Shown here one piece after another: positions 26,764 to 32,711 of a stretch of DNA of 32,711 nucleotides (the stretch's first letter is position 1; the number at the start of each line of letters is the position of its first letter). A model generated the notes under the pieces. It had not been told where the DNA came from and searched no databases. It was given only the letters and a program-made list of their open reading frames with translations. Source of the DNA: Methanobacteriota archaeon (lineage in GTDB: Archaea; Thermoplasmatota; Thermoplasmata; SG8-5; DAIRED01); assembly GCA_043799545.1 (NCBI GenBank), contig JAZDNO010000024.1, positions 1 to 32,711 on the forward strand, read 5' to 3'. A program made the translations under genes and the position numbers.

Positions 26764-27270
26764 TCATCCCAGCACCCTCGGTGGCGGGGCCTCCGCCACA
26801 ACGACGGGAGGGCAGTACCTGTGCTCCCTGAAGTATCCCGCCGCGGTCATGCAGCTCTCGCTGGCGTACGGGTTGTCCGGGTTCGGGTTCATGAGCAGGC
26901 TCTCAAGGCCCCTGACGAAGCTGGAAAGGTTCGATGAAAAGCTCCAGTCGTCCAGCAGCTTGGTGCACACGTATCCGCCGTCGCGGGCGAGCATGATGTT
27001 CGGGTGGAAGATGGGGCTCTGCCAGCGCACGATGGGCTTCTCGTACGGATATTCCCCCGTGACTATGATTTTCAGCCGGTGCTCGTAAGCGTGCGCCACC
27101 TTTCCCGAGCGCATGACGGGCCCAGGGGTCTTGACGAGCGTGACGTCGATTTCGACGGGAAATGCATCCGGCGCCGCCTCGGGCGCCTCCAGCCTGTGCC
27201 TCAGGCTGCGCCTACACATCTCCAGTTCGTTGCGGACCCTGGCCGCGAGTATGTCTGCCGGCAGCCCCAT
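26764..27270 (-). CDS. Ubiquitin-conjugating enzyme E2 (UBC fold)
   Basis: HRLKIIVTGEYPYEKPIVRWQSPIFHPNI...GYVCTKLLDDWS...LESLLMNPNPDNP carries the YPxxxP, HPN, catalytic Cys, W and NPxxP signatures of UBC domains. The ATG is 1 nt after the Ubl stop codon. Confidence 0.92.
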   Translation of the reverse strand: MGLPADILAARVRNELEMCRRSLRHRLEAPEAAPDAFPVEIDVTLVKTPGPVMRSGKVAHAYEHRLKIIVTGEYPYEKPIVRWQSPIFHPNIMLARDGGYVCTKLLDDWSFSSNLSSFVRGLESLLMNPNPDNPYASESCMTAAGYFREHRYCPPVVVAEAPPPRVLG

Positions 27271-27271
27271 C

Positions 27272-27541
27272 TCAGCGCCGTCCGGCTTCGCGGCGAAGAC
27301 GCCGTCCGCCTTCCGGGTCCGGTATCAGTTCCAGAACGTCCCCGTCGCGTATCCCAGCGACCGCAAGCCCCGCGTTCCCGCGCAGAATCGACTTTCCCCT
27401 CCGGACGACGTACGCGCCGGCGGATTTCTCCCAGTAGCTGGCCGCGCTCTCGATTATCTCGTCGACCGAATTGTCGCTCTCCAGCTCCATGTCGACGCTC
27501 GCGCCCGTTTCAGCGTTCCTTACCTTGATCCTAAGGCTCAT
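27272..27541 (-). CDS. Ubiquitin-like (beta-grasp) protein precursor: Gly-Gly at residues 78-79 plus a 10-aa extension
   Basis: ATG 27541 follows RBS GGTGAGAGG. MSLRIKVRNAETGASVDMELESDNSVDEII...LRGNAGLAVAGIRDGDVLELIPDPEGG|RRLRREAGRR shows ubiquitin-like strand/helix spacing and a 'GIRDGDVLEL' equivalent of ubiquitin's late strand. Confidence 0.85.
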   Translation of the reverse strand: MSLRIKVRNAETGASVDMELESDNSVDEIIESAASYWEKSAGAYVVRRGKSILRGNAGLAVAGIRDGDVLELIPDPEGGRRLRREAGRR

Positions 27542-27588
27542 CCTCTCACCGCTGGGGGAAAACAAAGACCGGAGATAAACCTTTTGGA

Positions 27589-27720
27589 TTACTCCTCGTA
27601 ATAATGGCAGTACTCGCAGATGTTGCCCAGCGTGGGCTGCGAGGTCATCCCCTTGGTGCCCAGCCAGCTCTGGCATCTTCCGTGCATCTGGGGCTGGAGG
27701 CCCATCTTGCATTGTGCCAT
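27589..27720 (-). CDS. 43-aa Cys-rich microprotein (putative Zn-binding), first gene of the Ubl operon
   Basis: Translated by hand: MAQCKMGLQPQMHGRCQSWLGTKGMTSQPTLGNICEYCHYYEE*. RBS GGTGAT lies 3 nt before the ATG and a TATA-like CTTTATTTAT ~30 nt upstream. Pattern C-x11-C-x18-C-x2-C-H. Too short for the ORF track. Confidence 0.75.
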   Translation of the reverse strand: MAQCKMGLQPQMHGRCQSWLGTKGMTSQPTLGNICEYCHYYEE

Positions 27721-27749
27721 GCGATCACCGAACCTTCATCCCCGAGGCG

Positions 27750-27804
27750 ATAAATAAAGGTTGCCACGGTGCCAGGACCGTTTTTCTACCAATTTTATTA
27801 TATA
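27750..27804. promoter_or_regulatory. Back-to-back TATA-like boxes driving the Ubl operon (minus) and the membrane/AAA operon (plus)
   Basis: Minus-strand CTTTATTTAT at 27759-27750 and plus-strand TTTTATTATATA at 27793-27804, inside a 124-bp AT-rich intergenic gap in otherwise GC-rich DNA. Confidence 0.6.
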
Positions 27805-27844
27805 CGCCCAGAAACATTTGCCTAACCCCCAAAGGGGCTGTCAC

Positions 27845-29170
27845 ATGGCAAAGAGGCTCGCGCTGTTGTTCACCGTAGCACTTCTCGCTGTCCCGCTGCT
27901 CGCCGCTGCGTCATCTTCGGGTATGGATCCGTCGGGCGCGGAAACGAGGGCCCCCACGGTGACAGAGCGATACGAAATGATGCCCTTCGACAACGGAACC
28001 CTCCTGATTCCCATGGACTCGATGCAGGCGGACAGGCTCTCGGTCTTCGGCATGATTCACGCACTCCTGCGCAACGACACCCCGCTCCACAGGATAATCA
28101 CCCCTCCGGACCAGTTCATAAAGACGAGGAACAGGCCCGGGGGGGCCAACTACAGCGGGGGGCCGTTCCTGGTGACTGAGTTCGACGAGACGCTCATCGA
28201 CGAGATGCGCTACAAGTTCCAGAACGTGACCCTGGACTACGTATCCGAGCTTTTCGTCTCTTCGAGCGTCTACAACGTGAAGAAGGCCACGAGCATCCTG
28301 CTGATAACTGGCATGTACGACTGGGGCAGGACGCACACCCTGCTTGACCGGATGTCGATACCGTACCACAAGACCACCACGACGACGGTCACGGGCCAAC
28401 CCGAGATGATGCTCGACTACGACCTGATAATAGACGACAGCAAGGGGTGGGCCGCGGATTGGGATTCCGCGTCCAACCCGAACCAGGTCCAGAAGGTCTA
28501 CCAGCTCACTGGGATGATGAGGACCGCCGTGAACGGCGGAAAGCACATGATCTTCACCGACATAGCGATGAAGGACATGGTCAGGGCCTTCCCCAACTAC
28601 ATGACGATAACCAGCAACGGAATAGACGGCGTCGTGGAAAACGACGTGCATTGCCAGGTTCAAACCCTGAGCGAGTCCCCCGCGCAGTACTCCGGCGCGA
28701 AGAACATCACTGTGAAACTGCCTGTGGGCGGGGTCATCATCAGAAGGCCGGTTTCCTCCGCAGTCCGCGTCGTCCTCGACAGCGACGACTACCGCGGGGA
28801 TTACAGGATGATGGCGGCCTACTTCTACTACGGCAAGGGAACGGTCGAGGCGATGGCCTACCTCCCATACGAGCAGTCCGGCGATTCGTACATCCTGTCC
28901 AGCCTGTTCTACGGCAACAGGTTCGTGCAGGCCCCGCCGGCGCCCCTCAAGGCCACTCTTCCCCTCGCCCCGGACGGGCTGGGGTTCCCGCTCCCCGCGG
29001 CGCCGCCGCCGCCACCGCCGCCGCCACCGCCACCGCCGGCCGTCATCGCCGGGGCCGGTGTGGGCTCGGGGGTCGGGGGAATCGGAGTGCTCAGCCTCAC
29101 TGGATTGCTGGTCGCCGACAGGCTGAAGCTGAGGAGGGCGCACAGGCAGAAGATGGTGGTGAGCGCGTGA
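27845..29170 (+). CDS. Exported protein with signal peptide, 12-Pro linker and C-terminal Gly-rich TM anchor
   Basis: ATG 27845 gives MAKRLALLFTVALLAVPLLAAA. The globular body has N-x-S/T sequons, followed by PPPPPPPPPPPP, the GVGSGVGGIGVLSLTGLLVA TM segment and basic RLKLRRAHRQK. Confidence 0.85.
   Translation: MAKRLALLFTVALLAVPLLAAASSSGMDPSGAETRAPTVTERYEMMPFDNGTLLIPMDSMQADRLSVFGMIHALLRNDTPLHRIITPPDQFIKTRNRPGGANYSGGPFLVTEFDETLIDEMRYKFQNVTLDYVSELFVSSSVYNVKKATSILLITGMYDWGRTHTLLDRMSIPYHKTTTTTVTGQPEMMLDYDLIIDDSKGWAADWDSASNPNQVQKVYQLTGMMRTAVNGGKHMIFTDIAMKDMVRAFPNYMTITSNGIDGVVENDVHCQVQTLSESPAQYSGAKNITVKLPVGGVIIRRPVSSAVRVVLDSDDYRGDYRMMAAYFYYGKGTVEAMAYLPYEQSGDSYILSSLFYGNRFVQAPPAPLKATLPLAPDGLGFPLPAAPPPPPPPPPPPPAVIAGAGVGSGVGGIGVLSLTGLLVADRLKLRRAHRQKMVVSA
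29003..29038 (+). repeat. CCG/CCA trinucleotide run encoding a 12-residue polyproline linker
   Basis: ccg ccg ccg cca ccg ccg ccg cca ccg cca ccg ccg, read directly. Confidence 0.9.
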
Positions 29171-30239
29171 GGCGCATCCTAGCGGTCGTGGCGGTGGCAC
29201 TCGTCGCCCTGGTCATGGCGCAGGCCGCCCCCGCGGACGGGCACACCCGCGCCGACAGCCTCGGCTGGCAGTACGAGTCGTTCCAGGACAACGTCAATCT
29301 GACGTTCTCGCCCAAGAGCCCGACCCCGATGGAGCCCGTCGTGATACGCGCCCAGTCCAGGAACCCGCTCGTCCACATCCAGGTGGCCTACTCGTACATG
29401 ACGATACAGCTGCCGAACTCCGGGCCCGTAACGACTGGCCTGACGTTCAGCAGGTGGAACGAGACCGTGATGACCTGCACCCTCTCGGCCTATCCGAACG
29501 GCACGCTGGTGCGGTTCTACGTCAACGTCCTGGACTACTACAACACGCCCGCGGTATCCGGCAATTACACATACACGGTCGCAGGGCAGGACAGGCCCGG
29601 CGGATGGGCGCACACGGAGTTCGAGAAGAACCTGAACATCACCTGGTTGCCGAACCCGCCGAACGCCACAGAGCCTTCTGCCGTGACGATACGGAGCAAG
29701 GAGGGGACGGCGATATACGGGGCCTACCTGTACCTGACCTACGAGGTCAAGGTCGGCCAGCCCCAGTCCGGCGGCTACCCGTTCGTGCGCGTCAACCAGA
29801 CGGCGATGTCGTGCGAAATCCCGGGCTACCCGATGGGCACGGGGGTGCGCTTCTGGGTTTCCGCGTGGGACAAGTACAACAACCTGACCATATCCGGATA
29901 CTACAATTACACGGTCCCCAGGGAGGGGGACTACACCAGCCACGAATTCGTTCCCATCGACGGCTTGAGCGTCGTGGGCGGCCTAGCGGCCTTCGCGGCC
30001 GTCGGCGCAGTTGCGTACGTGCGAGTGCTTCGCGAGGAGCGCAAGCGCCGCGAGAAGGGCACCAAGTACGGCAAGACCGGATTCGAAAAGGAGAATGCAG
30101 AGCCATCCAGGGCTGCGGACGCCTCCAAACCCGCCGAGCCGGTAAAGGCGCCCGCGCCGCAAGCGAAGGGCGCCGGGCCCGCCAAACCCGCTGCCCCGGC
30201 AAACCGGAGGCGCAGCCCAAAAAGGAGGCACCGGGATGA
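29167..30239 (+). CDS. Single-pass membrane protein with two tandem Ig-like extracellular domains and an Ala/Pro/Lys tail; apparent 1-nt frameshift near 30200
   Basis: GTG start overlaps the upstream stop (GTGA). It has a signal peptide, two ~115-aa homologous domains ending V(R)F.V...D.YN....SG.Y.YTV, and a TM VVGGLAAFAAVGAVAYV. The natural-looking C-terminus KPEAQPKKEAPG* lies in the -1 frame and ends in an ATGA overlap with the next gene. Confidence 0.75.
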
Positions 30240-32711
30240 GCCTGGACTCGCAGGGGCCGGAGCCGCTGCCGAAGCGCATCAGGCTGTTCGTAAAGAGCCC
30301 GCGCACGGCCAGAAGCGTCGCTTTCTTCCTGCTCGGGGCGCTCGCCGGCCTGTGGGTCCCGTTCTACCCGGTCTGGATGGCGCTGTTCTTCGGCATGCTC
30401 TCCGCGGTCATAGGCTACTCGTTCCCGCTGATGGCGCTCATAGCCGACGCGGTCTTCGTCACAGGAGCCGCCGGATACCAGTCTCCCGAGTTCGGTCTCG
30501 TCTTCCTCGTGCTGTCGCTCATCCTGCTCTTCGCCTCCCTCTACGACTGGAAGTTCGGCTTCATAGTCTTCGCGGCGATATACGGCAGCAGGTTCGGCCT
30601 CACGCTCCCTATATTATTGGCCGCGGCCGCGATATACCCGATGATGCTCTCGCTCTCCGCGGCGATGGCCTCTTCCATCAGCCTCATGGTCGTAACGTCG
30701 TGCGCGAACATGACGTCCCTGGGTTTCTTCGTCGCGGCCCCGCACACTTCGAGCTTCATGCTCTTCTACGAGCCCTCGGGGGCGTTCTCGCTCAGGGACA
30801 TGCTGGTCGCGTACGGCGACCTCCAGAGGGCGGAGCTTTCGATAGTCGGGCCGGTGCTGGTGGACAACCTCGGCGCGTCCGTGGTGCCGATATTCGAAAT
30901 CGCGGCGTGGATGGCCATGGCGCTGCTGGTCGTGTTCGCCTCGCGGCGCGCGGAGCGCGACAGGTTCCAGGGGATTCTCCTCACCGCGGCAGTGGGCTTC
31001 GCGGCGATGATGACGTTCATAGGCGCGCACCTGGCCATGGGGCTGGACGTCCCGGTGGCGGGCGCTGGCGCGTCCGTCCTGCTGCTGGCCAGCGCGCCCG
31101 CGGCCCTGGGGATTTCGCTCCTGGTCAAGGAGGAGTTCAGGGACTTCTTCGCCGAGCAGGGGATGCTCAGCTCCGTCGGCACGCGCGTGGCCGAATCGGC
31201 CAACCTGGGCCGGAGCAGCTTCGACCAGGTCGGCGGCCTGGCCGAGGTCAAGAACGAGCTGAAGGAGTCGATAATGGTCCCGCTTCTCAGGCCCGACCTC
31301 GCAATCCGCTTCGGCATAGACCCGCCGAAGGGAATCCTCCTGTTCGGCCCGCCCGGCTGCGGGAAGACGATGCTGATGAAGGCGCTGGCGAACGAGCTGA
31401 AGGTCGAGATGGTCACCGTCAAGTGCTCCGACATCATGTCCAAGTGGTACGGCGAGTCCGAGGGGAAGGTGTCGGAGCTCTTCCAGGCGGCGAAGGCCAG
31501 GCGCCCGGCCATCATCTTCTTCGACGACCTCGAGGCGATGGCGAAGAACAGGGACTTCTACGGCGGCGACGACGTAACGCCGCGCCTGCTCAGCATCATC
31601 CTCTCGGAGCTTGACGGCATGGACCGCTCCTCGGGGATAGTCCTGGTCGGGACGACAAACAAACCCGGGCTCATAGACCCAGCGCTTCTGAGGCCAGGGC
31701 GTTTCGACAAGGTCATCTACATCCCTCCGCCGAACGAGCACGAGAGGGCCGAGATTCTCGAAGTCCACCTTTCGGAGAAGCCCGTGGCGCCGGACCTCGA
31801 CCTCGAGGAAATTGCTGCGCGGTGCGAGCGGTTCTCCGGAGCCGATTTGGCGAACATGGTCAAGGAGGCGACGGTGCTGGCGATGCGCAGGACGCTCGAG
31901 ACCGAGGCGGTCAGCGTCGTGACGAACGCGGACCTCCTGGCTGTCGTGGCGAACATCAAGCCGAGCATAACGATTGCGATGCTGGAGGACTACGAGCTCC
32001 TCAAGATGGACTACGAGCGCAAGATGCACACGGTCGTCCGGGAGGACATGCGCGGCCCCTCGCTGCGCTGGAACGACATCATCGGCGCCGAGCGCACGAA
32101 GCGCGACATCAGGGAGTACATGGAAGTCCTTCTCCACGCCCCCGAGATAATGGAGGACTTCAGGCTCAGGGCGGGGAGGGGAATCCTGATAATCGGCCCC
32201 CACGGCTGCGGCAAGTCGCTCATAGTGCGGGCGGCGGCTCACGCGCTCGACATCCCGCTCCAGCGCGTCAACTGCGCCGAGCTTGTCTCGGTCGGGGACG
32301 GCACGACGGTCAAGGAGGTGTTCCACAGGGCCAGGGAGAACGCTCCCGCGATGGTTTTGCTTGAGGACTTGGAGGCCATCGCTGCCAGCGCCATATCCGG
32401 TTCGACGGTCGAAAGCAGGACGATTCTGGGCCAGCTCCTCGGCGAGATAGACGGGATAGGGGAGCGCGAGCAGGTGCTCATCGTGGCGACGACGCACATG
32501 CCCGACACGCTCCAGGCGTCGGTGCTCAGGCCGGGGCGCTTCGACAAGCTGTTCTACGTCCCGCCGCCCGACATAGGTTCCAGGAAGGGGATAATGGAGC
32601 TTCTCCTCCGCGACGTGCCGAAGGGCGCGGACATCGACGACTCGTTCCTTTCCTCGATCGCCTCGAAGACAGAGGGCTACAGCGCCGCGGACCTGGCGTC
32701 CATAGTCGACG
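30236..32711 (+). CDS. Membrane-bound double-AAA ATPase (Cdc48/VAT-like, multi-TM N-terminus), 3'-truncated at the window edge
   Basis: Not in the ORF track because it has no stop in the window. ATG 30236 lies 7 nt after AGGAGG. A ~300-aa hydrophobic multi-helix N-terminus precedes D1 (VGGL..VK.EL.E...VPL, GILLFGPPGCGKT, SKWYGESE, IIFFDDLE, TNKP..IDPALLRPGRFD) and D2 (GPHGCGKS, VLLEDLE, LRPGRFDKLFYVPPP). Confidence 0.92.
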   Translation, partial: MSLDSQGPEPLPKRIRLFVKSPRTARSVAFFLLGALAGLWVPFYPVWMALFFGMLSAVIGYSFPLMALIADAVFVTGAAGYQSPEFGLVFLVLSLILLFASLYDWKFGFIVFAAIYGSRFGLTLPILLAAAAIYPMMLSLSAAMASSISLMVVTSCANMTSLGFFVAAPHTSSFMLFYEPSGAFSLRDMLVAYGDLQRAELSIVGPVLVDNLGASVVPIFEIAAWMAMALLVVFASRRAERDRFQGILLTAAVGFAAMMTFIGAHLAMGLDVPVAGAGASVLLLASAPAALGISLLVKEEFRDFFAEQGMLSSVGTRVAESANLGRSSFDQVGGLAEVKNELKESIMVPLLRPDLAIRFGIDPPKGILLFGPPGCGKTMLMKALANELKVEMVTVKCSDIMSKWYGESEGKVSELFQAAKARRPAIIFFDDLEAMAKNRDFYGGDDVTPRLLSIILSELDGMDRSSGIVLVGTTNKPGLIDPALLRPGRFDKVIYIPPPNEHERAEILEVHLSEKPVAPDLDLEEIAARCERFSGADLANMVKEATVLAMRRTLETEAVSVVTNADLLAVVANIKPSITIAMLEDYELLKMDYERKMHTVVREDMRGPSLRWNDIIGAERTKRDIREYMEVLLHAPEIMEDFRLRAGRGILIIGPHGCGKSLIVRAAAHALDIPLQRVNCAELVSVGDGTTVKEVFHRARENAPAMVLLEDLEAIAASAISGSTVESRTILGQLLGEIDGIGEREQVLIVATTHMPDTLQASVLRPGRFDKLFYVPPPDIGSRKGIMELLLRDVPKGADIDDSFLSSIASKTEGYSAADLASIVD

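Noticed and set aside
27272-27541. Ubl as a MoaD/ThiS sulfur carrier for the nearby tungsten AOR
   Set aside because: It is 3.7 kb from aor, on the opposite strand, tightly coupled to an E2 and a JAB, has a masked GG, and no moaE/moeB/thi genes are adjacent. A dual role cannot be excluded.
27272-27712. 146-aa ORF treated as one Ubl with a long N-terminal extension
   Set aside because: The first 57 codons overlap the Cys-rich 43-aa gene in another frame, and a clear RBS precedes ATG 27541.
26175-27720. Ubl-E2-JAB operon as a Bil/CBASS-type antiviral island
   Set aside because: It has no E1, cyclase, effector or neighbouring defence genes, and its GC and context match the core genome. An antiviral role is not excluded but is unsupported here.
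27911-29200. 429-aa minus-strand ORF, and similar long antisense ORFs over rbcL (11297-12313), aor and hom
   Set aside because: These are shadow frames opposite well-supported genes and are expected from GC-rich codon usage.
28447-31614. 1055-aa ORF in the track as a single giant protein
   Set aside because: It is chimeric. The first ~240 aa shadow the 27845 gene, the middle is the real 29167 protein, and the rest is out-of-frame read-through over the AAA gene caused by the apparent 1-nt slip near 30200.
30614-32497. 627-aa minus-strand ORF
   Set aside because: It is an antisense shadow of the AAA ATPase in high-GC DNA, with Arg/Ala/His-rich composition and no motifs.

Overview
This is a 32.7-kb archaeal chromosomal window. 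Archaeal origin is supported by a UbiA-family DGGGP synthase, a tungsten-type AOR, TATA-box promoters, GGTGAT/GGAGG ribosome-binding sites and a tRNA-Ala without encoded CCA. Thermoplasmata-like affinity is my inference, not a computed placement. The left ~10.5 kb is AT-richer and accessory-looking. It holds a truncated membrane-anchored protein, a 1144-aa beta-propeller/cadherin-like/TSP3 surface protein, two small basic ORFs, an orphan Imm5-like gene and a 1592-aa gingipain (C25)-like secreted protease. The GC-rich core encodes a GyrI-like protein, form II/III RuBisCO with the assembly-domain insert, MsrA, Maf, DGGGP synthase, tRNA-Ala(TGC), a type II P-type ATPase, a glutaredoxin/ferredoxin:disulfide reductase pair, an endonuclease IV-like protein with a histone-H1-like tail, HxlB, homoserine dehydrogenase, AOR, a 420-aa unknown and a PLP aminotransferase. 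The highlight is a compact minus-strand ubiquitin-like conjugation operon at 26175-27720: a 43-aa Cys4 microprotein (absent from the ORF track), a pro-Ubl with a masked Gly-Gly, a canonical-looking E2 and an Rpn11-like JAB protease, with no E1 in the window. It is divergently transcribed from two membrane-anchored exported proteins and a multi-TM, double-AAA Cdc48-like ATPase (also absent from the track because it runs off the window). The arrangement suggests a membrane-linked Ubl tagging/extraction system. No CRISPR array, transposase or integrase was seen. All family calls come from motif recognition by eye, not database searches.
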